From NCBI GenBank assembly GCA_964035545.1, contig OZ037765.1:14766698-14830697 (forward strand): 64,000 bases of DNA, in the 5' to 3' direction. Origin of the DNA: Bugula neritina (taxonomy: Eukaryota > Animalia > Bryozoa). Under the pieces are notes generated by a model. The model was given only the letters and a program-made list of their open reading frames with translations, did no database searches and was not told the DNA's origin. Shown piece by piece: positions 46,401-62,499 of this stretch; positions within the stretch are counted from its first letter, which is position 1; each line of letters begins with the position of its first letter. Both the position numbers and the translations under genes were made by a program.

Positions 46401-49299
46401 ACTGAAATACACTGTAACATATTGAAATACACTGCAACATACTGCAACATACTGACATACACTGGAACATACTGAAATACACTGCAACATACTACAACAT
46501 ACTGAAATACACTGTAACCTACTGAAATATGCTGTAGCACACTGAAATATACTGCAACATACTGAAATATAATGCAAGTTACTACAACATACTGAAATAC
46601 ACTGTGACATACTGAAATACACTGCAACATACTGCAACATACTGCAACATACTGAAATACACTGTAACATATTGAAATACACTGCAAAACCTTGAAATAT
46701 ACTCCAACACAATGAAGGATACGGCAACATACTGAAATATACTGCGACACATTGAAATATACTGCAACATACTGAAATATGCTGTAGCATACTGAAATAT
46801 ACTGTAACACACTGTAATATACTGCAACATACTGCAACATACTGACATACACTGGAACATACTGAAATACACTCCAACATACTACAACATACTGAAATAC
46901 ACTGTAACCTACTGAAATATGCTGTAGCACACTGAAATATACTGCAACATACTGAAATATAAGGAAAGTTACTACAACATACTGAAATACACTGTGACAT
47001 ACTGAGATACACTGCAACATACTGCAACATACTGCAACCTACTGCAACATACTGAAATACACTGTAACAGACTGAAATGTACTGTAACACACTGACATAT
47101 ACTGCAACACATTGAAATATACCGCAACATACTGAAATATGCTGTAGCACACTGAAATACACTGCAACTCACTATAATATAGTGTAATATACAGAAATGT
47201 ACTGTAACATACTGAAATATACTGTAACATACTGAAATCTACTGCAACATACTGAAGTACACTGCAACATACTGCAACATACTGAAATACACTGTAACAT
47301 ATTGAAATACACGACAACACATTGAAATATACTCCAACACACTGAAGGATACGGCAACATACTGAAATATACTGCGACATATTGAAATATACTGCAACAT
47401 ACTGAAATATGCTGTAGCATACTGAAATATACTGTAACACACTGTAAAATACTACAACATACTGCAACATACTGACATACACTGGAACATACTGAAATAC
47501 ACTGCAACATACTACAACATATTGAAATACACTGTACCCTACTGAAATACGCTGTAGCACACTGAAATATACTGCAACATACTGAAATATAATGCAAGTT
47601 ACTACAACATACTGAAATAAACTGTGACATACTGAGATACACTGCAACATACTGCAAGATACTGCAACATACTGAAATACACTGTAACATACTGAATTAC
47701 ACTGCAACATACTGCAACATACTGAAATACATTGGAACATATTGAAACACACTACAACACATTAAAATATACTGCAACACGCTGAAACATACGGCAACAT
47801 ATACTGAAATATACTGCAAAACATCTGAATATACTGCTACATACTGAAACATGCTGTAGCATACTGAAATACACTGCAACACACTGAAGTATACTGTAAT
47901 ATACAGAAATGTACTGTAACATACTGAAACGTACGTCAACATACTGAAATGTACTCCAACATGCTGAACTATACTGCAACATACTGAAATACACTGTAAT
48001 ATACTGAATTAAACTGCAACATACTGCAACATACTGAAATAAGCTGTACCATATTGAAATACACTACAACACATTGTAATATACTGCAACATACTGAACC
48101 ATACGGCAACATACTGAAATATACTGCAACACATTGAAATATACTGCAACATAGTCAAATATAACGCAAGATACTGTAACATTCGGAAAAACACTGTGAC
48201 ATACTGAAATACACTGCAACATACTGCAACATACTGCAACATACTGAAATACACTGCAACACATTGAAATAAACCGCAACATACTTAAATATATGGTAAC
48301 ATACTGAAATATACTGTAACTCATTGAAAAAAATTTGCAACATACTAAAACATACTGAGATATGCTGTAGCACACTGAAATACACCGCAGTTCACTGAAA
48401 AATAGTGTAATATACGGAAATATACCGTAACATACTGAAATATACTGTAACAGACTGAAATGTACTGTAACACACTGAAATATACTGCAACATGCTGAAA
48501 TACACTGTAACATACTGAAATATACTGCAACATACTGCAACATACCGAATTACACTGTAACAAACTGAAATACACCCCAACAAACTACAACATACTGAAA
48601 TACACTGTAACATATTGAAATACACCGCAACACATTGAAATATACTGCAACATACCGAAATATATGGTAAACTACTGAAATATACTGTATCACATTGAAA
48701 CATACCGCAAAATACTAAAATACACTGCAACACACTGAAGTATACTGTAATATATAGAAATGTACTGTAAAATACTTAAACATATGACAACATACCAAAA
48801 AATATACTGCAACATACTGAATTACACTGCAATATCCTGAAATATACTTCAACATACTGAAACATACCTAAAAACATTGAAATATACTGAAATACAGTGT
48901 AGGATATTGAAATACACTGCAACAATTTGGAATATACAGCAACATACCGAAATATATGGTAACCTACTGAAATATGTTGCAAACTACTGAAATATACTGC
49001 AACATACTGCAACATAATAAAATATACTATAACACACTGGAATAAACTGCAAAATACTGAAATATACTGTAACATACTGAAACATACTGCAACATACCGA
49101 AATATACTGTAACATTCTGAAATATACTGCAAGATACTGCAATATACTGAAATACACAATAACATACTGAAATACACTGCAACATACTGCAACATACTGA
49201 CATACACTGGAACATACTGAAATACACTGCAACATACTACAACATACTGAAATACACTGTAACCTACTGAAATATGCTGTAGCACACTGAAATATACTG

Positions 49300-52200
49300 C
49301 AACATACTAAAATATACTGCAACACATTGAAATATACTGCAACATAGTCAAATATAATGCAAGATACTGTAACATTCTGAAAAACACTGTAACATACTTA
49401 AATACACTGCAACATACTGCAACATACTGAAATACACTGCAACACATTGAAATAAACCGCAACATACTTCAATATACGGTAACATACTGAAATATACTGT
49501 AACTCATTGAAAAACATTGCAACATACTGAAACATACTGAAATATGCTGTAGCACACTGAAACACACCGCAGTTCACTGAAAAATAGTGTAATATACGGA
49601 AATGTACCGTAACATACTGAAATATACTGTAACAGACTGAAATGTACTGTAACACACTGAAATATACTGCAACATACTGAAATATACTGCAACATACTGC
49701 AACATACCGAATTACACTGTAACAAACTGAAATACACTCCAACATACTACAACATACTGAAATACACTGTAACATGTTGAAGTACACCGCAACACATTGA
49801 AATATACTGCAACATACCGAAATATATGGTAAACTACTGAAATATACGGTAACACATTGAAACATACCGCAAAATATTAAAATACACTGCAACACACTGA
49901 AGTATACTGTAATATATATAGAAATGTACTGTAAAATACTTAAACATACGACAACATACCAAAAATTATACTGCAACATACTGAATTACACTGCAATATC
50001 CTGAAATATACTTCAACATACTGAAACAGACCTAAAAACATTGAAATATACTGAAATACAGTGTAGGATATTGAAATACACTGCAACAATTTGGAATATA
50101 CAGCAACATACCGAAATATATGGTAACCTACTGAAACATGTTGCAAACTACTGAAATATACTGCAACATACTGCAACATAATGAAATATACTATAACACA
50201 CTGGAATAAACTGCAAAATACTGAAATATACTGTAACATACTGAAACATACTGCAACATACCGAAGTATACTGTAACATACTGAAATATACTGCAAGAAA
50301 CTGCAATATACTGAAATACACTGTAACATACTGAAATACACTGCAAAATACTGCAACATACTGACATACACTGTAACATACTGAAATACACTGCAACATA
50401 CTACAACATACTGAAATACACTGTAACCTACTGAAATATGCTGTAGCACACTGAAATATACTGCAACATACTGAAATAAAATGCAAGTTACTACAACATA
50501 CTGAAATACACTGTGACATACTGAAATACACTGCATCATACTGCAACATACTGCAACATACCTAAATACACTGTAACATATTGAAATACACTGCAACATA
50601 CTGCAACATACTGACATACACTGGAACATACTGAAATACACTGCAACATACTACAACATACTGAAATACACTGTAACCTACTGAAATATGCTGTAGCACA
50701 CTGAAATATACTGCAACATACTGAAATATAATGCAAGTTACTACAACATACTGAAATACACTGTGACATACTGAAATACACTGCAACATACTGCAACATA
50801 CTGCAACATACTGAAATACACTGTAACATATTGAAATACACTGCAAAATCTTGAAATATACTCCAACACACTGAAGGATACGGCAACATACTGAAATATA
50901 CTGCGACACATTGAAATATACTGCAACATACTGAAATATGCTGTAGCATACTGAAATATACTGTAACACACTGTAATATACTGCAACATACTGCAACATA
51001 CTGACATACACTGGAACATACTGAAATACACTCCAACATACTACAACATACTGAAATACACTGTAACCTACTGAAATATGCTGTAGCACACTGAAATATA
51101 CTGCAACATACTGAAATATAATGCAAGTTACTACAACATACTGAAATAAACTGTGACATACTGAGATACACTGCAACATACTGCAAGATACTGCAACATA
51201 CTGAAATACACTGTAACCTACTGAAATACACTGCAACATACTACAACATACTGAAATACACTGTAACATTATGAATTACACTGCAACGCATTGAAAAATA
51301 CTGCAACATATCGAAATATATGGTAAACAATTGAAATATACTGTAACACATCGAAAAATACTGCAACATACTGAAATATACTGTAACACACTGAAATATA
51401 CTGCAACATACTGAAATACATTGTAACATACTGAAATATACTGCAACATACTGCAACATACTGAAATACACTGTAACATACTGAAATACACTGCAACATA
51501 CTGCAACATACTGAAATACATTGGAACATATTGAAACACACTACAACACATTAAAATATACTGCAACACACTGAAACATACGGCAACATACTGAAATATA
51601 CTGCAAAACATCTAAATATACTGCTACATACTGAAACATGCTGTAGCATACTGGAATACACTGCAACACACTGAAGTATACTGTAATATACAGAAATGTA
51701 CTGTAACATACTGAAACGTACGTCAACATACTGAAATGTACTCCAACATGCTGAATTATACTGCAACATACTGAAATACACTGTAATATACTGAATTAAA
51801 CTGCAACATACTGCAACATACTGAAATAAGCTGTACCATATTGAAATACACTACAACACATTGTAATATACTGCAACATACTGAACCATACGGCAACATA
51901 CTGAAATATACTGCAACACATTGAAATATACTGCAACATAGTCAAATATAACGCAAGATACTGTAACATTCGGAAAAACACTGTGACATACTGGAATACA
52001 CTGCAACATACTGCAACATACTGCAACATACTGAAATACACTGCAACACATTGAAATAAACCGCAACATACTTAAATATACGGTAACATACTGAAATATA
52101 CTGTAACGCATTGAAAAACATTGCAACATACTAAAACATACTGAAATATGCTGTAGCACACTGAAATACACCGCAGTTCACTGAAAAATACTGTAATATA

Positions 52201-55200
52201 CGGAAATATACCGTAACATACTGAAATATACTGTAACAGACTGAAATGTACTGTAACACACTGAAATATACTGCAACATGCTGAAATACACTGTAACATA
52301 CTGAAATACACTGTAACATATTGAAATACACCGCAACACATTAAAATATACTGCAACATACCGAAATATATGGTAAACTACTGAAATATACTGTAACACA
52401 TTGAAACATACCGCAAAATACTAAAATACACTGCAACACACTGAAGCATACTGTAATATATAGAAATGTACTGTAAAATACTTAAACATATGACAACATA
52501 CCAAAAAATATACTGCAACATACTGAATTACACTGCAATATCCTGAAATATACTTCAACATACTGAAACATACCTAAAAACATTGAAATATACTGAAATA
52601 CAGTGTAGGATATTGAAATACACTGCAACAATTTGGAATATACAGCAATATACCGAAATATATGGTAACCTACTGAAATATGTTGCAAACTACTGAAATA
52701 TACTGCAACATACTGCAACATAATAAAATATACTATAACACACTGGAATAAACTGCAAAATACTGAAATATACTGTAACATACTGAAACATACTGCAACA
52801 TACCGAAATATACTGTAACATTCTGAAATATACTGCAAGATACTGCAATATACTGAAATACACTGTAACATACTGAAATACACTGCAACATACTGCAACA
52901 TACTGACATACACTGGAACATACTGAAAGACACTGCAACATACTACAACATACTGAAATACACTGTAACCTACTGAAATATGCTGTAGCACACTGAAATA
53001 TACTGCAACATACTGAAATATAATGCAAGTTACTACAACATACTGAAAAACACTGTGACATACTGAAATACACTGCAACATACTGCAACATACTGCAACA
53101 TACTGAAATACACTGTAACATATTGAAATACACTGCAACATACTGCAACATACTGCAACACACTGAAACATACGGCAACACACTCACATGTACAGCGACA
53201 CATTGAAATATACTGCAACATACTGAAATATGCTGTAGCATACGGAAACACACTGCAACACACTGAAATATACTGCAACATACTGCAACATACTGAAATA
53301 CACTGTAACATACTGAAATACACTGCAACATACTGCAACATACTGAAATACACTGGAACATATTGAAACACACTACAACACATTGAAATATACTGCAACA
53401 CACTGAAACATACAGCAACATACTGAAATATACTGTGACACATTGAAATATACTGCAACATACTGAAATATGCTGTAGCATACGGAAACACACTGCAACA
53501 CACTGAAATATACTGCAACATACTGCAACATACTGAAATACACTGTAACATACTGAAATACACTGCAACATACTGCAACATACTGAAATACACTGGAACA
53601 TATTGAAACACACTACAACACATTGAAATATACTGCAACACACTGAAACATACAGCAACATACTGAAATATACTGTGACACATTGAAATATACTGCAACA
53701 TACTGAAATATGCTGTAGCATGCTGTAATATACTGTAACACACTGTAATATACTGCAACATACTGCAACATACTGACATACACTGGAACATACTGAAATA
53801 CACTCCAATATACTACAACCTACTGAAATACACTGTAACCTACTGAAATATGCTGTAACACACCGAAATATACTGCAACATACTAAAATATACTGCAACA
53901 CATTGAAATATATTGCAACATAGTCAAATATAATGCAAGATACTGTAACATTCTGAAAAACACTGTAACATACTTAAATACACTGCAACATACTGCAACA
54001 TACTGAAATACACTGCAACACATTGAAATAAACCGCAACCTACTTAAATATACGGTAACATACTGAAATATACTGTAACTCATTGAAAAACATTGCAATA
54101 TACTGAAACATACTGAAATATGCTGTAGCACACTGAAACACACCGCAGTTCACTGAAAAATAGTGTAATATACGGAAATGTACCGTAACATACTGAAATA
54201 TACTGTAACAGACTGAAATGTACTGTAACACACTGAAATATACTGCATCATGCTGAAATACACTGTAACATACTGAAATATACTGCAACATACTGCAACA
54301 TACCGAATTACACTGTAACAAACTGAAATACACTCCAACATACTACAACATACTGAAATACACTGTAACATGTTGAAATACACCGCAACACATTGAAATA
54401 TACTGCAACATACCGAAATATATGGTAAACTACTGAAATATACGGTAACACATTGAAACATACCGCAAAATACTAAAATACACTGCCACACACTGAAGTA
54501 TACTGTAATATATATAGAAATGTACTGTAAAATACTTAAACATACGACAACATACCAAAAAATATACTGCAACATACTGAATTACACTGCAATATCCTGA
54601 AATATACTTCAACATACTGAAACAGACCTAAAAACATTGAAATATACTGAAATACAGTGTAGGATATTGAAATACACTGCAACAATTTGGAATATACAGC
54701 AACATACCGAAATATATGGTAACCTACTGAAACATGTTGCAAACTACTGAAATATACTGCAACATACTGCAACATAATGAAATATACTATAACACACTGG
54801 AATAAACTGCAAAATACTGAAATATACTGTAACATACTGAAACATACTGCAACATACCGAAGTATACTATAACATACTGAAATATACTGCAAGAAACTGC
54901 AATATACTGAAATACACTGTAACATACTGAAATACACTGCAACATACTGCAACATACTGACATACACTGGAACATACTGAAATACACTGCAACATACTAC
55001 AACATACTGAAATACACTGTGACCTACTGAAATATGCTGTAGCAGACTGAAATATACTGCAACATACTGAAATATAATGCAAGTTACTACAACATACTGA
55101 AATACACTGTGACATACTGAAATACACTGCAACATACTGCAACATACTGCAACATACTGAAATACACTGTAACATATTGAAATACACTGCAATATACTGC

Positions 55201-58200
55201 AACATACTGACATACACTGGAACATACTGAAATACACTGCAACATACTACAACATACTGAAATACACTGTAACCTACTGAAATATGCTGTAGCACACTGA
55301 AATATACTGCAACATACTGAAATATAATGCAAGTTACTACAACATACTGAAATACACTGTGACATACTGAAATACACTGCAACATACTGCAACATACTGC
55401 AACATACTGAAATACACTGTAACATATTGAAATACACTGCAAAACCTTGAAATATACTCCAACACACTGAAGGATACGGCAACATACTGAAATATACTGC
55501 GACACATTGAAATATACTGCAACATACTGAAATATGCTGTAGCATACTGAAATATACTGTAACACACTGTAATATACTGCAACATACTACAACATACTGA
55601 CATACACTAGAACATACTGAAATACACTCCAACATACTACAACATACTGAAATACACTGTAACCTACTGAAATATGCTGTAGCACACTGAAATATACTGC
55701 AACATACTGAAATATAATGCAAGTTACTACAACATACTGAAATAAACTCTGACATACTGAGATACACTGCAACATACTGCAAGATACTGCAACATACTGA
55801 AATACACTGTAACCTACTGAAATACACTGCAACATGCTACAACATACTGAAATACACTGTAACATTATGAATTACACTGCAACGCATTGAAAAATACTGC
55901 AACATATCGAAATATATGGTAAACAATTGAAATATACTGTAACACATCGAAAAATACTGCAACATACTGAAATATACTGTAACACACTGAAATATACTGC
56001 AACATACTGAAATACATTGTAACATACTGAAATATACTGCAACATACTGCAACATACTGAAATACACTGTAACATACTGAAATACACTGCAACATACTGC
56101 AACATACTGAAATACATTGGAACATATTGAAACACACTACAACACCTTAAAATATACTGCAACACACTGAAACATTCGGCAACATACTGAAATATACTGC
56201 AAAACATCTAAATATACTGCTACATACTGAAACATGCTGTAGCATACTGAAATACACTGCAACACACTGAAGTATACTGTAATATACAGAAATGTACTGT
56301 AACATACTGAAACGTACGTCAACATACTGAAATGTACTCCAACATGCTGAATTATACTGCAACATACTGAAATACACTGTAATATACTGAATTAAACTGC
56401 AACATACTGCAACATACTGAAATAAGCTGTACCATATTGAAATACACTACAACACATTGTAATATACTGCAACATACTGAACCATACGGCAACATACTGA
56501 GATATACTGCAACACATTGAAATATACTGCAACATAGTCAAATATAACGCAAGATACTGTAACATTCGGAAAAACACTGTGACATACTGAAATACACTGC
56601 AACATACTGCAACATACTGCAACATACTGAAATACACTGCAACACATTGAAATAAACCGCAACATACTTAAATATACGGTAACATACTGAAATATACTGT
56701 AACGCATTGAAAAACATTGCAACATACTAAAACATACTGAAATATGCTGTAGCACACTGAAATACACCGCAGTTCACTGAAAAATAGTGTAATATACGGA
56801 AATTTACCGTAACATACTGAAATATACTGTAACAGACTGAAATGTACTGTAACACACTGAAATATACTGCAACATGCTGAAATACACTGTAACATACTGA
56901 AATACACTGTAACATATTGAAATACACCGCAACACATTGAAATATACTGCAACATACCGAAATATATGGTAAACTACTGAAATATACTGTAACACATTGA
57001 AACATACCGCAAAATACTAAAATACACTGCAACACACTGAAGTATACTGTAATATATAGAAATGTACTGTAAAATACTTAAACATATGACAACATACCAA
57101 AAAATATACTGCAACATACTGAATTACACTGCAATATCCTGAAATATACTTCAACATACTGAAACATACCTAAAAACATTGAAATATACTGAAATACAGT
57201 GTAGGATATTGAAATACACTGCAACAATTTGGAATATACAGCAATATACCGAAATATATGGTAACCTACTGAAATATGTTGCAAACTACTGAAATATACT
57301 GCAACATACTGCAACATAATAAAATATACTATAACACACTGGAATAAACTGCAAAATACTGAAATATACTGTAACATACTGAAACATACTGCAACATACC
57401 AAAATATACTGTAACATTCTGAAATATACTGCAAGATACTGCAATATACTGAAATACACTGTAACATACTGAAATACACTGCAACATACTGCAACATACT
57501 GACATACACTGGAACATACTGAAAGACACTGCAACATACTACAACATACTGAAATACACTGTAACCTACTGAAATATGCTGTAGCACACTGAAATATACT
57601 GCAACATACTGAAATATAATGCAAGTTACTACAACATACTGAAAAACACTGTGAAATACACTGCAACATACTGCAACATACTGCAACATACTGAAATACA
57701 CTGTAACATATTGAAATACACTGCAACATACTGCAACATACTGCAACACACTGAAACATACGGCAACACACTCACTTGTACAGCGACACATTGAAATATA
57801 CTGCAACATATTGAAATATGCTGTAGCATACGGAAACACACTGCAACACACTGAAATATACTGCAACATACTGCAACATACTGAAATACACTGTAACATA
57901 CTGAAATACACTGCAACATACTGCAACATACTGAAATACACTGGAACATATTGAAACACACTACAACACATTGAAATATACTGCAACACACTGAAACATA
58001 CAGCAACATACTGAAATATACTGTGACACATTGAAATATACTGCAACATACTGAAATATGCTGTAGCATGCTGTAATATACTGTAACACACTGTAATATA
58101 CTGCAACATACTGCAACATACTGACATACACTGGAACATACTGAAATACACTCCAATATACTACAACCTACTTAAATACACTGTAACCTACTGAAATATG

Positions 58201-60340
58201 CTGTAGCACACCGAAATATACTGCAACATACTAAAATATACTGCAACACATTGAAATATACTGCAACATAGTCAAATATAATGCAAGATACTGTAACATT
58301 CTGAAAAACACTGTAACATACTTAAATACACTGCAACATACTGCAACATACTGAAATACACTGCAACACATTGAAATAAACCGCAACATACTTAAATATA
58401 CGGTAACATACTGAAATATACTGTAACTCATTGAAAAACATTGCAACATACTGAAACATACTGAAATATGATGTAGCACACTGAAACACACCGCAGTTCA
58501 CTGAAAAATAGTGTAATATACGGAAAAGTACCGTAACATACTGAAATATACTGTAACAGACTGAAATGTACTGTAACACACTGAAATATACTGCAACATG
58601 CTGAAATACACTGTAACATACTGAAATATACTGCAACATACTGCAACATACCAAATTACACTGTAACAAACTGAAATACACTCCAACATACTACAACATA
58701 CTGAAATACACTGTAACATGTTGAAATACACCGCAACACATTGAAATATACTGCAACATACCGAAATATATGGTAAACTACTGAAATATACGGTAACACA
58801 TTGAAACATACCGCAAAATACTAAAATACACTGCAACACACTGAAGTATACTGTAATATATATAGAAATGTACTGTAAAATACTTAAACATACGACAACA
58901 TACCAAAAAATATACTGCAACATACTGAATTACACTGCAATATCCTGAAATATACTTCAACATACTGAAACAGACCTAAAAACATTGAAATATCCTGAAA
59001 TACAGTGTAGGATATTGAAATACACTGCAACAATTTGGAATATACAGCAACATACCGAAATATATGGTAACCTACTGAAACATGTTGCAAAATACTGAAA
59101 TATACTGTAACATACTGAAACATACTGCAACATACCGAAGTATACTGTAACATACTGAAATATACTGCAAGAAACTGCAACATACTGAAATACACTGTAA
59201 CCTACTGAAATACACTGCAACATACTACAACATACTGAAATACACTGTAACATTATGAATTACACTGCAACGCATTGAAAAATACTGCAACATATCGAAA
59301 TATATGGTAAACAATTGAAATATACTGTAACACATCGAAAAATACTGCAACATACTGAAATATACTGTAACACACTGAAATATACTGCAACATACTGAAA
59401 TACATTGTAACATACTGAAATATACTGCAACATACTGCAACATACTGAAATACACTGTAACATACTGAAATACATTGCAACATACTGCAACATACTGAAA
59501 TACATTGGAACATATTGAAACACACTACAACACATTAAAATATACTGCAACACACTGAAACATTCGGCAACATACTGAAATATACTGCAAAACATCTAAA
59601 TATACTGCTACATACTGAAACATGCTGTAGCATACTGAAATACACTGCAACACACTGAAGTATACTGTAATATACAGAAATGTACTGTAACATACTGAAA
59701 CGTACGTCAACATACTGAAATGTACTCCAACATGCTGAATTATACTGCAACATACTGAAATACACTGTAATATACTGAATTAAACTGCAACATACTGCAA
59801 CATACTGAAATAAGCTGTACCATATTGAAATACACTACAACACATTGTAATATACTGCAACATACTGAACCATACGGCAACATACTGAGATATACTGCAA
59901 CACATTGAAATATACTGCAACATAGTCAAATATAACGCAAGATACTGTAACATTCGGAAAAACACTGTGACATACTGAAATACACTGCAACATACTGCAA
60001 CATACTGCAACATACTGAAATACACTGCAACACATTGAAATAAACCGCAACATACTTAAATATACGGTAACATACTGAAATATACTGTAACGCATTGAAA
60101 AACATTGCAACATACTAAAACATACTGAAATATGCTGTAGCACACTGAAATACACCGCAGTTCACTGAAAAATAGTGTAATATACGGAAATATACCGTAA
60201 CATACTGAAATATACTGTAACAGACTGAAATGTACTGTAACACACTGAAATATACTGCAACATGCTGAAATACACTGTAACATACTGAAATACACTGTAA
60301 CATATTGAAATACACCGCAACACATTGAAATATACTGCAA
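49300..60340 (+). repeat. ~4.6-kb higher-order repeat, about 2.5 copies with internal deletions (offsets 4596, 4348, 3388)
   Basis: ORFs 51241..51471 = 55837..56067 = 59225..59455; 52733..52933 = 57329..57529; 54150..54575 ~ 58498..58923. The variants GCAACGCATTG and GTAACGCATTG are confined to these copies. Confidence 0.87.
53197..53721 (+). repeat. Perfect 240-bp tandem duplication
   Basis: Lines 53221-53460 and 53461-53700 are identical, including GTAGCATACGGAAACAC. The paralogous block at ~57790-58070 has a single copy. Confidence 0.92.
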
Positions 60341-62499
60341 CATAGTCAAATATAATGCAAGATACTGTAACATTCTGAAACACACTGTGAGATACTGAAA
60401 AACACTGTGACATACTTAAATACACTGCAACATACTGCAACATACTGAAATACACTGCAACACATTGAAATAAACCGCAACATACTTAAATATACGGTAA
60501 CATACTGAAATATACTGTAACTCATTGAAAAACATTGCAACATACTTAAACATACTGAAATATGCTGTAGCACACTGAAATACACCGCAGTTCACTGAAA
60601 AATAGTGTAATATACGGAAATGTACCGTAACATACTGAAATATACTGTAACAGACTGAAATGTACTGTAACACACTGAAATATACTGCAACATGCTGAAA
60701 TACACTGTAACATACTGAAATATACTGCAACATACTGCAACATACCGAATTACACTGTAACAAACTGAAATACACTCCAACATACTACAACATACTGAAA
60801 TACACTGTAACATACCGAAATATATGGTAAACTACTGAAATATACGGTAACACATTGAAACATACCGCAAAATACTAAAATACACTGCAACACACTGAAG
60901 TATACTGTAATATATATAGAAATGTACTGTAAAATACTTAAACATACGACAACATACCAGAAAATATACTGCAATATACTGAATTACACTGCAATATCCT
61001 GAAATATACTTCAACATACTGAAACATACCTAAAAACATTGAAATATACTGAAATACAGTGTAGGATATTGAAATACACTGCAACAATTTGGAACATACA
61101 GCAACATACCGAAATATATGGTAACCTACTGAAATATGTTGCAAACTACTGAAATATACTGCAACATACTGCAACATAATGAAATATACTATAACACACT
61201 GAAATAAACTGCAAAATACTGAAATATACTGTAACATACTGAAACATACTGCAACATACCGAAATATACTGTAACATACTGAAATATACTGCAAGAAACT
61301 GCAATATACTGAAATACACTGTAACATACTGAAATACACTGCAACATACTGCAACATACTGACATACACTGGAACATACTGAAATACACTGCAACATATT
61401 ACAACATACTGAAATACACTGTAACCTACTGAAATATGCTGTAGCACACTGAAATATACTGCAACATACTGAAATATAATGCAAGTTACTACAACATACT
61501 GAAATACACTGTGACATACTGAAATACACTGCAACATACTGCAACATACTGCAACATATTGAAATACACTGTAACATATTGAAATACACTGCAAAACCTT
61601 GAAATATACTCCAACACACTGAAGTATACGGCAACATACTGAAATATACTGCGACACATTGAAATATACTGAAATATAATGAAAGTTACTACAACATACT
61701 GAAATACACTGTAACACACTGAAATATACTGCAACATACTGCATCATACTGAAATACACTGTAACATACTGAAATACACTGCAACATACTGCAACATACT
61801 GAAATACACTGGAACATATTGAAACACACTACAACACATTGAAATATACTGCAACACACTGAAACATACAGCAACATACTGAAATATACTGCGACTAATT
61901 GAAATATACTGCAACATAGCTAAATATAATGCAAGATACTGCAACATTCTGAAATACACTGTGACATACTGAAATACACTGCAACATACTTCAACATACT
62001 GCAACATACTGCAACATACTGAAATACACTGTAACATGTTGAAATACACCGCAACACATTGAAATATACTGCAACATACCGAAATATATGGTAAACTACT
62101 GAAATATACGGTAACACATTGAAACATACCGCAAAATACTAAAATACACTGCAACACACTGAAGTATACTGTAATATATATAGAAATGTACTGTAAAATA
62201 CTTAAACATACGACAACATACCAAAAAATACACTGCAACATACTGAATTACACTGCAATATCCTGAAATATACTTCAACATACTGAAACAGACCTAAAAA
62301 CATTGAAATATACTGAAATACAGTGTAGGATATTGAAATACACTGCAACAATTTGGAATATACAGCAACATACCGAAATATATGGTAACCTACTGAAACA
62401 TGTTGCAAACTACTGAAATATACTGCAACATACTGCAACATAATGAAATATACTATAACACACTGGAATAAACTGCAAAATACTGAAATATACTGTAAC

